This document shows, in pieces, positions 51,357 to 62,050 of a stretch of 64,000 bases of DNA (within the stretch, counting starts at the first letter, position 1; every line of letters begins with the position of its first letter). The DNA lies in contig JAJZQI010000009.1 of the NCBI GenBank assembly GCA_021851875.1, positions 40,038-104,037 on the forward strand, read 5' to 3'. The DNA comes from Pseudomonadota bacterium (lineage in GTDB: Bacteria; Pseudomonadota; Gammaproteobacteria; Burkholderiales; JAJZQI01). The translations under genes were made by a program, and so were the position numbers. A model generated the notes under the pieces. That model did not search any database and had not been told where the DNA came from. It was given only the letters and a program-made list of their open reading frames with translations.

Positions 51357-52415
51357 ATGAATTCTCCCCTCGAATGGCTGGCAACAGCCGTCATGACGCT
51401 TGATAAGGCGCGTCGTGTCAATTATCTCAACCCGGCAGCGGAAAATCTGTTGGGTGTCAGCGCGACCAGCGCCAGGGGAGTGTTGCTGGAATCGCTGTTT
51501 CCGCATTCCCTCGCGCTGCTGGAAGCGCTTGCCAGCGCCCGTGCCCGCGAGGCCAGTTTCACCGAGCATGAAATCAGCATCGGCACGCAGCACCACCATG
51601 CCTTGGTCAGCGTCACCGTAACGCCTATCGAGGAAGCCGGCAGCGAAGGCTGGATACTCGAGTTCCGCCAGATCGACCAGCAGGTTAAAATCGCACGGGA
51701 AGAGCGGATGCTGCTGCAGCAGCAGGCCAACAAGGAGTTGATGCGCAATCTGGCGCACGAGATCAAGAATCCACTGGGTGGAATTCGTGGTGCGGCGCAA
51801 TTGCTGCAGCATGAACTGGGGCGGCCGGAGCTGTTCGAGTACACCAAGGTCATCATCCAGGAAGCCGATCGCCTGCAGTCACTGATGGACCGGCTGCTGA
51901 CCCCGCACCGCATGCAACGGCTGGTGCATCTGAATATCCATGAAGTGCTTGAACGCGTGCGTAGCGTCATGCTGGCGGAACATCCGTCCGGCCTGACGAT
52001 CCGGCGTGATTACGATACCAGTCTGCCGGAACTGGAAGGCGATGTGGAGCAATTGATCCAGGTTGTGCTGAATATCGTGCGCAATGCCGTGCAGGCCATG
52101 CACGGCCAGGGGCTGATTGTGCTGCGGACGCGCGTGGTGCGGCATGTGACCTTGTCGCGCAAGTTGCATAAAAAAGCGCTGCAGGTACAGATCATCGACA
52201 ACGGTCCCGGTATTCCGGAGGAGATCAAGGAGCAGATTTTCTATCCGCTGGTGACCGGCCGGCCGGAAGGCACCGGACTTGGCCTGACTCTTGCTCAGGC
52301 TTATGTGCAGCAGCATCAGGGATCCATTGAATGCGAGAGTGAGCCGGGGCGTACCTGCTTTACCTTGTTGTTCCCGTTTGAACGGGAACATGAAACGCCT
52401 GCCAACAGGAAATAA
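51357..52415 (+). CDS. glnL: nitrogen regulation sensor kinase NtrB
   Basis: PAS N-terminus, H-box LAHEIKNPLGGIRGAAQLL, N-box VVLNIVRNAVQAM and G-boxes DNGPGIP and GTGLGL. Confidence 0.9.
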   Translation: MNSPLEWLATAVMTLDKARRVNYLNPAAENLLGVSATSARGVLLESLFPHSLALLEALASARAREASFTEHEISIGTQHHHALVSVTVTPIEEAGSEGWILEFRQIDQQVKIAREERMLLQQQANKELMRNLAHEIKNPLGGIRGAAQLLQHELGRPELFEYTKVIIQEADRLQSLMDRLLTPHRMQRLVHLNIHEVLERVRSVMLAEHPSGLTIRRDYDTSLPELEGDVEQLIQVVLNIVRNAVQAMHGQGLIVLRTRVVRHVTLSRKLHKKALQVQIIDNGPGIPEEIKEQIFYPLVTGRPEGTGLGLTLAQAYVQQHQGSIECESEPGRTCFTLLFPFEREHETPANRK

Positions 52416-52518
52416 ACGCTGCTGGACGGTGATATGTCAGCGGTACCATAATTTGGGCGCGTTGTGCAAGCCATGACCGTGCAGCGCAAAGACAAAATAA
52501 CACACCTCAGGTTCTGCT

Positions 52519-53919
52519 ATGAAGCCAGTCTGGATTATTGATGATGACCGCTCGATTCGCTGGGTGTTTGAAAAAGCACTGACACGCGAGGGGATCGCTT
52601 TTGAATCGTTTGCTTCGGCCGAAGCGGCGCAACAGGCGCTGGGCAAGTCGGAGCCGCAAGTCATCGTAAGCGATATCCGCATGCCGGGTGAATCCGGGCT
52701 GGATTTGCTGCAGCAGATGAAGGAGCACTACCCCAAAGTGCCGGTCATCATCATGACCGCCTATTCGGATCTGGACAGCGCCGTGGCGGCCTTTCAGGGC
52801 GGGGCGTTTGAATACCTGCCGAAACCGTTCGACGTCGATCATGCCATCGAACTGGTGCGCCGGGCGCTGGCGGAAAGCGTGCGCGGCGACCCGGAGGCCG
52901 CCAGCGATGAAAGCCTGTCCGATATCATCGGTCACGCGCCGGCCATGCAGGAAATCTTCCGCGCCATCGGCCGCCTGTCGCAATCGCATGCCACCGTGCT
53001 GATTACCGGTGAATCGGGCGCGGGTAAGGAGCTGGTGGCGCATGCCTTGCACCGCCACAGCCTGCGGGCCGGCAAACCGTTCATTGCGCTGAATACGGCG
53101 GCGATTCCGAAGGATTTGCTGGAATCCGAGCTGTTCGGCCATGAGCGCGGCGCCTTTACCGGGGCGCAGACGCAGCGGCGCGGGCGTTTCGAGCAGGCCG
53201 ACGGCGGCACGCTGTTCCTCGACGAAATCGGCGACATGCCGGCGGAGCTGCAGACGCGTCTGCTGCGCGTGCTGTCGGATGGCCAGTTTTACCGCGTCGG
53301 CGGCCACCAGCCGGTCAAGGTCAATGTGCGGGTGATCGCCGCAACCCACCAGGATCTGGAGGCGCGCGTCAAGGAAGGGCTGTTCCGGGAGGATTTGTAC
53401 CACCGGCTGAATGTGATCCGCCTGCGCCTGCCGAGTCTGCGCGAGCGGTCGGAAGATATTCCCTTGCTGGCACGTCATTTTCTCGCCCGCAGCGGGCAGG
53501 AGCTGGGCTGCGAGCCGAAACGCCTGTCGGAAGAGGCGCTGGCCTATCTGCAGACGTTGCCGTGGAGCGGTAACGTGCGGCAATTGGAAAACGTCTGCCG
53601 CTGGTTGACGGTGATGGCGCCGGCGCAAATGATCGAGGTGGCCGACCTGCCGCCCGATCTGCTGCAGCAAAAACGGTCGACTGAAGCAGTTGCACCGGCC
53701 GCCGGTGGCGACTGGCGCACCGTGCTGGCTGCCGAGGTGCGCGCGCGGCTGGACCGCAACGAGACTTCGGTGAGCGACGAACTGACGCGGGAATACGAAA
53801 CGGTATTGATTCAGGTGGCGCTGGAGCATACCGGCGGCCGCCGCATCGAGGCCGCCCAGTGCCTGGGTTGGGGCCGCAATACGCTGACCCGCAAGATTCA
53901 GGAACTGGGGCTGGAGTAA
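52519..53919 (+). CDS. glnG: nitrogen regulation response regulator NtrC (sigma-54 activator)
   Basis: REC domain ([13 protein letters not shown]), AAA+ domain ([29 protein letters not shown]) and a C-terminal Fis-type HTH ([20 protein letters not shown]). Confidence 0.93.
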   Translation: MKPVWIIDDDRSIRWVFEKALTREGIAFESFASAEAAQQALGKSEPQVIVSDIRMPGESGLDLLQQMKEHYPKVPVIIMTAYSDLDSAVAAFQGGAFEYLPKPFDVDHAIELVRRALAESVRGDPEAASDESLSDIIGHAPAMQEIFRAIGRLSQSHATVLITGESGAGKELVAHALHRHSLRAGKPFIALNTAAIPKDLLESELFGHERGAFTGAQTQRRGRFEQADGGTLFLDEIGDMPAELQTRLLRVLSDGQFYRVGGHQPVKVNVRVIAATHQDLEARVKEGLFREDLYHRLNVIRLRLPSLRERSEDIPLLARHFLARSGQELGCEPKRLSEEALAYLQTLPWSGNVRQLENVCRWLTVMAPAQMIEVADLPPDLLQQKRSTEAVAPAAGGDWRTVLAAEVRARLDRNETSVSDELTREYETVLIQVALEHTGGRRIEAAQCLGWGRNTLTRKIQELGLE

Positions 53920-53935
53920 ATCCCGGCTCGTCCGC

Positions 53936-54634
53936 TTATTTGTACAGCCACAGGCTGGCGCTGACGTTCACTTCCACTCTTTGCGTGCCGGCCTCGATAG
54001 CCGGACCGTTGTCGGCCTCGCTCATGGCCATGGCCGAGCGCGCCAGGAAGGGGTGCGGGCCGGGAGCCGGCACCTCGCCGATATTGAGTTCGCGCCATTC
54101 CGTGCGGCTGAATCCGGCTGCATGAGCGGCTGCCGATGCCTTGTCCTGCAGGTTGCCAATGGCCTGTTCCAGCAGGGCCTGTTCCACTTTTTTCTGCGTT
54201 TCCGGTGCCAGGCCGAACCACAAGCCGTTCAGGCTGGCTTGCGTGCCCACTTCGCCGGCCGCGCGCGTCAGCTGGCTGCTGTCGCGCGTTTTGACCTGCA
54301 CTCCGGCGCTGACTTGCCAGCTGCGAATGGTCTGGTCGCGCTGATAGCGCGGCTGGGTGGTATAGCCATCGGAATGAATTTCCAGCGCCGGGTAGCGTTG
54401 CAGCAGCTTGAGCGTGGTATTGAGCTTGCGGTTGGCCTGCTGCATGGCTTCGTCGGCGCTGGCGGCCTCGGCGATGACCTGGAAGCGGGCAAAACACAGG
54501 TCCTGCCGGACTTCCTCGGCTGCGCTGGCCTGCAGCGTCAGTTGCGGCGGCGAGACCGTTTCAGCGGCATGGCTGAGCGGTTGCAAAGCGGTCAATAGAA
54601 GCGCCGCGAGAGCGAGGCGATGAGACAGGCGCAT
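53936..54634 (-). CDS. SIMPL/DUF541-domain periplasmic protein
   Basis: Signal peptide MRLSHRLALAALLLTALQPLSHA. Layout and C-terminus (VEVNVSASLWLYK) resemble SIMPL family proteins. Confidence 0.6.
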   Translation of the reverse strand: MRLSHRLALAALLLTALQPLSHAAETVSPPQLTLQASAAEEVRQDLCFARFQVIAEAASADEAMQQANRKLNTTLKLLQRYPALEIHSDGYTTQPRYQRDQTIRSWQVSAGVQVKTRDSSQLTRAAGEVGTQASLNGLWFGLAPETQKKVEQALLEQAIGNLQDKASAAAHAAGFSRTEWRELNIGEVPAPGPHPFLARSAMAMSEADNGPAIEAGTQRVEVNVSASLWLYK

Positions 54635-54682
54635 GGCGTTCTCCCGTGTTGTTCCAGGGCGTGAAATAAATGTTGGCACGCC

Positions 54683-56704
54683 CTAGTTCAGGCCATTGTG
54701 GCGCAGCAAGGCGTCGACGTTCGGCGCACGGCCGCGGAACGCGGTAAATGACTCCAGCGCCGGACGGGAGCCGCCCACAGCCAGAATCTCGCTCCAGAAT
54801 TTGTGGCCGACTTCTTCGTTGAGCACACCGTTTTCCTCGAACAGGGCATAGGCATCGGCCGACAGCACTTCGGCCCATTTGTAGCTGTAATACCCTGCCG
54901 CGTAGCCGCCGGCGAAAATGTGCGAGAAGTTGTTGGGGAAGCGGTTGTATTCCGGCGGAATGACCACGGCCACTTCGCTGCGGATGCGTTGCAACAGGTC
55001 CAGCGCGGTTTCCTTGCTCGGGTCGAGGTCGTAATGCAGGTGCATGTCGAACAGCGAAAACTCGATCTGGCGCACCATCATCATGCCGCTGTGGTAATTC
55101 CTGGCGGCCAGCATCTTGTCGAACAACTCCTGCGGCAGCGCTTCGCCGCTGTCGATGTGGCGGGTCATGTGGCGCACCACCTGCCATTCCCAGCAGAAAT
55201 TTTCCATGAACTGCGACGGCAGTTCGACGGCATCCCATTCCACGCCGTTGATGCCGGACACGCCCAGTTCTTCCACGCGAGTCAGCAGATGATGCAGGCC
55301 ATGGCCGAACTCGTGGAACAGGGTAATCACTTCGTCGTGGGTGAACAGCGCCGGCTTGTTTCCGACCGGGGCAGAGAAGTTGCAGTTGAGGTAGGCCACC
55401 GGGGTCTGCAGGCCGCCGGCTTTTTTGCGCCGGGTGATGGCGTCGTCCATCCAGGCGCCGCCGCGCTTGCTGCTGCGGGCATACAGGTCGAGGTAGAACT
55501 GGCCTATCAGCGTGCCGCTCTGGTCGGTGATGTCAAAAAAGCTGACCGATTCGTGCCAGGTGGGCGCCTGGCTCTTTTTGATATGCAGGCCGTAGAGGGT
55601 TTCCACCACCTTGAACATGCCCGGCAGCACCTGATTTTCCGGGAAGTACTGCTTCACTTCCTGGTCGGAGTAGGCGTAACGGGCTTCGCGCAGCTTTTCG
55701 CTGACGTAGCTCATGTCCCAGGCTTGCAGGTCGGCCAGGTTCAGTTCCTTGGCGGCAAAGTCGCGCAGTTCCTGCAGGTCTTTTTCCGCGTAGGGTTTGG
55801 ATTTGGCCGCCAGTTCGCGCAGGAAATCGAGCACCTGGGCGGGCGTGGTGGCCATTTTGCTGACCAGCGATTCTTCCGCGTAGTTGGCGAAACCCAGCAT
55901 GTGCGCGGCTTCCTGCCGCAGTGCCAGCAATTCCTTGATGAGCGGCGTGTTGTCCAGCTCGGTCGGGCCGAATTCGGAGGCGCGGGTGACATGGGCGCGA
56001 TAGAAGCGCTCGCGCAATTCGCGGTTGTCGGCGTACTGCAGAATGGGCAGGAAAGACGGCGCGTGCAGAGTGAATTTGTAGCCCGGCTTGCCGTCCGCTG
56101 CGGCGGCGGCATGGGCTGCTTCCAACACGTCCGCCGGCAGGCCGGACAGCTCTTTTTCGTCTTCGGTGAACCAGGTGAAGGCGTTGGTGGCGTCGAGCAG
56201 GTTTTCCTCGAACTTGGCCGACAGGCTGGCAAGTTTTTCCTGGATTTCCATGAAGCGCGCTTTTTGCGCGTCCGGCAGTTCGGCGCCGCCCAGGCGGAAA
56301 TCGCGCAGTTCGTTGTCGATGATCTTTTTCTGTGCCGGCGACAGCGTCATGTATTCGGCGGAGGCGGCCAATGCCTTGAAGCGGGCAAACAGGGCCTCGT
56401 TCTGCGACAGTTCGGCGTAATATTGGGTGATTTTCGGCAGATTGGCGTTGTAGACCTCGCGCAGTTCCGGCGAATTCATCACCGAATTGAGGTGCGACAC
56501 CTGGCCCCAGGCCCGCGACAGGCGTTCGTTGGCGTCTTCCATGGGGGCGACGAAGGTATTCCAGCTGGGCGTTTCCGTCTCGCCGGAGAGTTTTTTCAGC
56601 AGGCTGCGGTTTTCAGCCAGCAGGCTGTCCATGGCCGGGGTGACATGGTCGGGTTTGATGTCGGCAAAACGGGGCAGGCCGGAAAAATCGAGCAATGGGT
56701 TCAT
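54683..56704 (-). CDS. prlC: oligopeptidase A (M3 family)
   Basis: MNPLLDFSGLPRFADIKPDHV matches the usual OpdA N-terminus, so ATG 56704 is preferred over 56722. Zinc motif FHEFGHGLHH. Confidence 0.9.
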   Translation of the reverse strand: MNPLLDFSGLPRFADIKPDHVTPAMDSLLAENRSLLKKLSGETETPSWNTFVAPMEDANERLSRAWGQVSHLNSVMNSPELREVYNANLPKITQYYAELSQNEALFARFKALAASAEYMTLSPAQKKIIDNELRDFRLGGAELPDAQKARFMEIQEKLASLSAKFEENLLDATNAFTWFTEDEKELSGLPADVLEAAHAAAAADGKPGYKFTLHAPSFLPILQYADNRELRERFYRAHVTRASEFGPTELDNTPLIKELLALRQEAAHMLGFANYAEESLVSKMATTPAQVLDFLRELAAKSKPYAEKDLQELRDFAAKELNLADLQAWDMSYVSEKLREARYAYSDQEVKQYFPENQVLPGMFKVVETLYGLHIKKSQAPTWHESVSFFDITDQSGTLIGQFYLDLYARSSKRGGAWMDDAITRRKKAGGLQTPVAYLNCNFSAPVGNKPALFTHDEVITLFHEFGHGLHHLLTRVEELGVSGINGVEWDAVELPSQFMENFCWEWQVVRHMTRHIDSGEALPQELFDKMLAARNYHSGMMMVRQIEFSLFDMHLHYDLDPSKETALDLLQRIRSEVAVVIPPEYNRFPNNFSHIFAGGYAAGYYSYKWAEVLSADAYALFEENGVLNEEVGHKFWSEILAVGGSRPALESFTAFRGRAPNVDALLRHNGLN

Positions 56705-56807
56705 GGCAGTCGGGGAGTCCATACAAAATTTACTTTATACTGAAAAAGGCGCTTCAAGTAATGGTTCAAGTCGCCGATATTTAAATTACTTTGGAAAGCC
56801 AGTTAAC

Positions 56808-57338
56808 GTGCACAGCATTCTTTCTCATCACGGCGTCACACCGGACATCGGCGAAGGGGTCCATGTCCACCCCAGCGCAGAGGTGATCGGCGAGGTTCGC
56901 ATCGGGGCGCAGTCGTCCGTCTGGTGCAAGGCCGTCATCCGCGCTGACGTCAACCACATACATATCGGCCGCGGCACGAATATTCAAGATCTGTCGATGC
57001 TGCACGTCAGTCACAAGTCCGCGGCAGACCCGCTGGGCGCGCCGCTCATCATTGGGGATTATGTCACGGTTGGTCACAGCGTCATACTGCACGGTTGTGA
57101 AATCGGCAATGAATGCCTGATCGGCATGGGCTCGATCGTGATGGACAAGGTGGTGATCGAGCCGCGCGTGCTGGTAGGCGCCGGCAGTCTGGTGCCAGAG
57201 GGAAAGCGGCTGGAGAGCGGCTTTCTCTACCTGGGGCGACCAGCCAAACCAATACGGCGACTCAACGAAGCCGAGTTGTCACATTTCCGCTACTCGGCGG
57301 ATCATTACATGAGACTGGCCGAGAGCTATAAAGCATAA
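56808..57338 (+). CDS. gamma-carbonic-anhydrase-like hexapeptide-repeat protein
   Basis: GTG 56808. Left-handed beta-helix repeats (IGEVRIGAQSSVW, IRADVNHIHIGRGTNIQD, GHSVILHGCEIG). The upstream part of ORF 56487..57338 is antisense to prlC. Confidence 0.8.
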   Translation: MHSILSHHGVTPDIGEGVHVHPSAEVIGEVRIGAQSSVWCKAVIRADVNHIHIGRGTNIQDLSMLHVSHKSAADPLGAPLIIGDYVTVGHSVILHGCEIGNECLIGMGSIVMDKVVIEPRVLVGAGSLVPEGKRLESGFLYLGRPAKPIRRLNEAELSHFRYSADHYMRLAESYKA

Positions 57339-57371
57339 CAACCGGCGAACGCCGGAGCAGGAGGATAAGTC

Positions 57372-58985
57372 ATGGAACTGGCCAAAATGGAAGCGCTGAT
57401 CGTGGATGATCATCCCGGCATGCGGACGGCCATGCGGCTGACGCTGTCGAATCTGGGGGTGACGCATTCACAGTTTGCCCAGTCGGCCAATGAAGCCATT
57501 CGACGGATCAAGGGGCAGCATTACGATATCATCGTATGCGACTACAATCTGGGGCCGGAGCAGGATGGCCAGCAGTTGCTGGAGTTGCTCAGACACAACA
57601 ATCTGATCGACCTGTCGATGATATTCATCATGGTGACGGCCGAACGGGCCTACGAGAAAGTGGTGTCGGCGGCCGAATTGGGGCCGGACGATTACCTCAT
57701 CAAGCCCTTCACCGCTGAAGTGTTCCGTGTGCGCCTGGAACGGGTGCTGCAGAAAAAGTCGGCCATGGCTCCGTTGTTTCCGGTACTGCAGGCGGGCGAT
57801 GCGGCCAAGGCGTCGGAATTGTGCAATGTGCTGGCCGCGAGCCACCCGGCTTACATGATCGATTTTTTGCGCATCAAGGCCGAGTTGCTGATGGGCATGG
57901 GGCAGGCCGAAGCGGCGCAGCAGGTGTTCGAGGGGATCGTCAGCGAACGGGCGGTGCCGTGGGCCAAACTGGGGTTGGCGCGCACTCTCCGCTTGCAGCA
58001 AAAGGACGTTGAAGCGGAGTCGATTCTTGAAGGTGTGATCAGCGAATCGCCGGAATATCTGGCGGCTTTCGATACCCTGGCATCGGTCAAGGACAAGCTG
58101 GGCAAGGCCGGCGAGGCGCAGGAGGTGCTGAGCAAGGCGGTGGCCATTTCGCCCAATACCCTGGCGCGCCAGCGCATGATGGGTGACGTGGCCATGCGCA
58201 ACGGCGACATCACGGCCGCCGAGGCGGCTTACACCACGATCGTGGAAAAGGGGCGCACGTCCTTTTTTCGCGACCCCAATGATTATGTCAATCTTTCCCG
58301 TGCCTTGCTTGAATGCGGCAAGAACGAAGACGCCATCAACCGCCTGCGCGAAGGGCGGCAGAGTTTCAGCAATGCGCCGGAGGCGGTGTTCGCCGCCTCG
58401 GTCATGGAAAGCCAGGCCTACTCGCAAATGGGCAAGGCTGCGGCGGCAAAGGAGGCGCTGGGCCGTGCCATGGCGCTGAAAGACAGCGTGCCGATGACGG
58501 ACGAGCTGAAACTGGATCTGGCCACCGCCTGCTACCGGAGTGGCGATGAGGCCATGGGCGCGCGTCTGATGGACCAGGTGGTGCGCAACCGGCATGAAGA
58601 TGCCCGCCTGCTGCAGCGCGTGCGCAAGATCTACACCGATCTGGGACGGGAACTGGAAGGCGAGCAACTGGTGCAGTCCAGCACCCAGGCGGTGGTCAAT
58701 CTCAACAACCAGGGGGTATTGCTGGCGAAGCAGGGCAATCTGGCCGGTGCGGTCGAATTGCTGACCGAAGCGGCCGCGCAGCTGCCGAACAACCAGCAGA
58801 TCGTGCTCAATGCCGCTCACGCCGTGCTGACGCTGGTGAACCGTGAGGGTTGGAATCAGGATTTGATGCTCAAGGCAAAGCGTTATCTGGAAGAGGTACG
58901 CGGCAGCAATGCAACTCACCCCAAGCTGGTGCAGCTGCAGACATTGTTCAACGATGTGCAAAACAAATACGGGAGCCGGGTATGA
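57372..58985 (+). CDS. response-regulator receiver fused to TPR repeats
   Basis: REC domain (LIVDDHPGMR...IIVCDYNLG...DYLIKPF) followed by about 400 aa of TPR-like helical repeats. No DNA-binding or enzymatic output domain was recognised. Confidence 0.8.
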   Translation: MELAKMEALIVDDHPGMRTAMRLTLSNLGVTHSQFAQSANEAIRRIKGQHYDIIVCDYNLGPEQDGQQLLELLRHNNLIDLSMIFIMVTAERAYEKVVSAAELGPDDYLIKPFTAEVFRVRLERVLQKKSAMAPLFPVLQAGDAAKASELCNVLAASHPAYMIDFLRIKAELLMGMGQAEAAQQVFEGIVSERAVPWAKLGLARTLRLQQKDVEAESILEGVISESPEYLAAFDTLASVKDKLGKAGEAQEVLSKAVAISPNTLARQRMMGDVAMRNGDITAAEAAYTTIVEKGRTSFFRDPNDYVNLSRALLECGKNEDAINRLREGRQSFSNAPEAVFAASVMESQAYSQMGKAAAAKEALGRAMALKDSVPMTDELKLDLATACYRSGDEAMGARLMDQVVRNRHEDARLLQRVRKIYTDLGRELEGEQLVQSSTQAVVNLNNQGVLLAKQGNLAGAVELLTEAAAQLPNNQQIVLNAAHAVLTLVNREGWNQDLMLKAKRYLEEVRGSNATHPKLVQLQTLFNDVQNKYGSRV

Positions 58986-59656
58986 GCGGACAAGATGAAG
59001 CGTTGCTGCCGGCCATGCTGGCGGCTTCCTTGCATGAGGTGAAAAACATGCTGGGCGAGCTGACCTTGTCGCTCGATGCGCTGCAGCAGCAATGTCCGCA
59101 ACAGGCCGCACAGATCGAGGAAATGCGCTTCGTCACGCGGCAGGTCAGCGATCGCATGGTGCAGGTGCTGTTGCTGTACAAAAACGATGCGGGCGTGCTG
59201 CGGCCAAACATTGAAGCCATTCCTCCGGCCGACCTGCTGGAAGAAATGCTGATGGAGGCCCGCAGTCTTGCCGGCGATCGCCTGGTCGTCTCGCTGGAAG
59301 GCGAGCAGGCGCCGCCGTATGCCTATTTCGATCGCTATCTGTGCGAAATGGCCTTGATGAATGCCATTCACAATGCCCTGCGCTTTGCCCATAGCCGCAT
59401 CGTGATCGGTGTGGGCAGGCTTGGCAATGCCCTGTGCTTCAGCGTGGAAGACGATGGTCCGGGTTATGTTCCGGCTGTTTTGCAGCGGGCCATTGAGCCC
59501 GGCGGTCACAGTCGTGATGGCGGGACGGGGCTGGGGCTGTATTTCGCCGACCGGGTGGCGCGGCTGCATTGCAACAATGCCGGCGAGTGCGGGCGGGTGC
59601 AATTGGACAATGCCGGGGTATTGGGAGGCGCACGCTTCCAGCTGATTCTGCCGTGA
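58982..59656 (+). CDS. soluble sensor-less histidine kinase core
   Basis: The ATG overlaps the upstream stop (ATGA). H-box LAASLHEVKNMLGEL, N-box MNAIHNALRFA, G1 EDDGPGY and G2 GTGLGLYF. No TM segments or sensory domain. Confidence 0.75.
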   Translation: MSGQDEALLPAMLAASLHEVKNMLGELTLSLDALQQQCPQQAAQIEEMRFVTRQVSDRMVQVLLLYKNDAGVLRPNIEAIPPADLLEEMLMEARSLAGDRLVVSLEGEQAPPYAYFDRYLCEMALMNAIHNALRFAHSRIVIGVGRLGNALCFSVEDDGPGYVPAVLQRAIEPGGHSRDGGTGLGLYFADRVARLHCNNAGECGRVQLDNAGVLGGARFQLILP

Positions 59657-59694
59657 GTCCGGCTGGCCGCGGCAATCATGTACAATGGTAGGTC

Positions 59695-60666
59695 ATGAGA
59701 CCTCTTGCAATCGATCTGTGGCGCCAACTGGCCGACGGGACGCTCAGGTCCGGCGACGAGCTGGCCGCCGTGCTCAATGTGTCGCGCGGCAGCGTCATGA
59801 ACGCAGCCAACGAGCTGCTGGATGCCGGCGTCAATGTCTACAAGATCCGCGGCCAGGGTTACCGCCTGCCGCAAGCCGTTGAACTGCTGGATGCCGTTCA
59901 ATTGGAGACCTTGCTGGCCGATCTGGCTTTGCCGCTGGCAGTCCTGCCGGTGGTTGACTCAACCAACAGCTGGCTGCTACAGGCCCAGCGCGAGCATCCA
60001 CGCCAGCTGGCGGCGGCCGAAGTGCAGCTGGCCGGGCGCGGTCGGCGCGGCCGCAGATGGCTGGCCAGCCCCGGCGGCAGCCTGACATTTTCATTGGCCT
60101 GGCGTTTCTCAGCCGGCATGGCCGGGCTGGGCGGCCTCAGCCTGGCTGTGGGATTGGCCGTCGTCAGGGTATTGCGCCGCTACGGAGCGGACGATGTCAT
60201 GCTCAAGTGGCCCAACGATGTGGTGCACCAATTTCGTAAACTGGCCGGTGTGCTGATTGAATTGCAGGGTGATATGCTGGGGCCGGCCACGGCGGTAATC
60301 GGTATCGGCCTCAATCTGTCGCTCGATACCCTGCAGCGGCAGCAGATCGACCAGCATGTCGGTGATTTGTCCATGCTGGGGCTGAAGCCGGGGCGCAATG
60401 CATTGCTGGCCGATCTGGTGCGCGAACTGCATGCTGTGCTGCAGCAGTTCGAAAGCCAGGGCTTCACTTCTTTGGCGGCGGAATGGGCGCGGTATCATGC
60501 CTATCAGGACAAACCGGTGCGCCTCCTGCTCGGCGGTGGACAGGAAACCCAGGGCTGGGTCCGTGGGGTGGACGAGCAGGGCGCTTTATTGCTGGAAACA
60601 GGCGAAGGCATCAAACCTTATCATGGCGGTGAAGTGAGTTTGCGTCGGTTGGAGCCGACACAGTGA
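59695..60666 (+). CDS. birA: bifunctional biotin-protein ligase / biotin operon repressor
   Basis: N-terminal HTH, biotin-binding loop QLAGRGRRGRRW, KWPNDV and a C-terminal SH3-like domain. Confidence 0.9.
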   Translation: MRPLAIDLWRQLADGTLRSGDELAAVLNVSRGSVMNAANELLDAGVNVYKIRGQGYRLPQAVELLDAVQLETLLADLALPLAVLPVVDSTNSWLLQAQREHPRQLAAAEVQLAGRGRRGRRWLASPGGSLTFSLAWRFSAGMAGLGGLSLAVGLAVVRVLRRYGADDVMLKWPNDVVHQFRKLAGVLIELQGDMLGPATAVIGIGLNLSLDTLQRQQIDQHVGDLSMLGLKPGRNALLADLVRELHAVLQQFESQGFTSLAAEWARYHAYQDKPVRLLLGGGQETQGWVRGVDEQGALLLETGEGIKPYHGGEVSLRRLEPTQ

Positions 60667-61379
60667 TTCTGCTGATCGATGCGGGCAACAGCCGTTTGAA
60701 ATGGGGCGTGTGGTCGGGCTCAGGCTGGCTGGAACAGGGTAGTCTGGCTAATGACAATCTGCCGGCGCAGGCGCCCTGGAGGGATTTCACTCCGCTTGCG
60801 GCCGCCTGGGTGGCGCATGTCGGGCCAGCCCAGGTAGCCGACTGGATCCGTCGGCATGCCGCGGATACGGCATTGCACTGGCCCCGGGCGGCTGCGAGCC
60901 AGTGCGGGGTGGACAACCGTTATGAGCATGCCGAACAGTTGGGAGTGGACCGCTGGCTGGCCCTGATTGCGGCACGGGCTTTGCATGCGGGGCCGGTGCT
61001 GGTGGTGAGCGCGGGTACGGCGGTGACGGTGGATGCGCTGAGCGCGGACGGCGTGTTTCTAGGCGGAACGATTCTGCCCGGCCTGGGGCTGATGCGCGCT
61101 GCGCTGGCCAGCCGGGCGGCGCAATTGCACGATGTTCCCGGCCAATGGCAGCGTTTCCCGCGCAACACCGCCGACGCGATTCACAGCGGCTGTATCAACG
61201 CCATCGCCGGGGCCGTTCGCGCGCAGTGGCATGGGCTGGCGGCACTGCAGCAACAACCGGCTGTCTGCCTGTTGACCGGCGGCGCTGCGGCCGAACTGCT
61301 GTCGCATTTGGCCGATTTGCCGCTGCAGCAGGAAGATAATCTGGTACTGGACGGTTTACTGAGGATCTCGCAGTCATGA
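60663..61379 (+). CDS. coaX: type III pantothenate kinase
   Basis: ILLIDAGNSRLKWG and VSAGTAVTVD. The GTG start overlaps the birA stop. Confidence 0.88.
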   Translation: MILLIDAGNSRLKWGVWSGSGWLEQGSLANDNLPAQAPWRDFTPLAAAWVAHVGPAQVADWIRRHAADTALHWPRAAASQCGVDNRYEHAEQLGVDRWLALIAARALHAGPVLVVSAGTAVTVDALSADGVFLGGTILPGLGLMRAALASRAAQLHDVPGQWQRFPRNTADAIHSGCINAIAGAVRAQWHGLAALQQQPAVCLLTGGAAAELLSHLADLPLQQEDNLVLDGLLRISQS

Positions 61380-62050
61380 TGCGTTTGCTGTTTGTGTTGC
61401 TGCTGCTGGCCAACGTGGCGCTGGCGGTGTACTGGTATAGCGGAATGCAGAAACAGAATGGCGTTGCGGCCTCTCCGCCTTTGCGCGCGGAGCAGATTCG
61501 TCTGCTGACGCCTGCCGAAGTGGCGTCGGCATTGACCGCGGCCAGTGGCGTGGCGAATTCGGCTTCCGCCGTTGCCGCGCCGGTTTTTGTTTGCATGCAG
61601 TGGGATAATTTGTCGGCCAAGAGTGCGGATGTGGCACGTAGCCAGTTGCAAGCCGCCGGCGTGACAGGACCGATTGGCGTGCAATCGTTGGCGCCCAGCG
61701 ATGCCAAACACTGGGTTTACATGCCGCCGCAGGGCAGCCGCGCCAATGCCGAAAAGAAGATCGGCGAACTGGAGACGCTCGGGGTGAGCGAATACCATCT
61801 GGAGGCGGGCGAAGGAAAGTGGCAGTGGGCCATTTCTCTTGGCGTGTTCTCCAATGAGGAGCGCGCGCAGCATTTTCTCGAGGATTTGCACAAGAAAGGC
61901 GTGCGCTCGGCCCGCATGGGTCCGCGCGATGCTTCGGTCACCAGCGTTACGCTACGCTTTACTGTGCCCGACAACAGCTGGGTCGATAAACTGGTTGCCA
62001 TTCGTCAGCAGTTTGCCGGTTCCAGCCTGCACGCAGTGAACTGCAAGTAA
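61376..62050 (+). CDS. SPOR-domain membrane protein
   Basis: N-terminal TM segment LLFVLLLLANVALAVYW. C-terminal SPOR-like repeat (WVYMPPQGSRANAEKKIGELETLGV...WAISLGVFSNEERAQHFLEDL). Confidence 0.7.
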   Translation: MMRLLFVLLLLANVALAVYWYSGMQKQNGVAASPPLRAEQIRLLTPAEVASALTAASGVANSASAVAAPVFVCMQWDNLSAKSADVARSQLQAAGVTGPIGVQSLAPSDAKHWVYMPPQGSRANAEKKIGELETLGVSEYHLEAGEGKWQWAISLGVFSNEERAQHFLEDLHKKGVRSARMGPRDASVTSVTLRFTVPDNSWVDKLVAIRQQFAGSSLHAVNCK

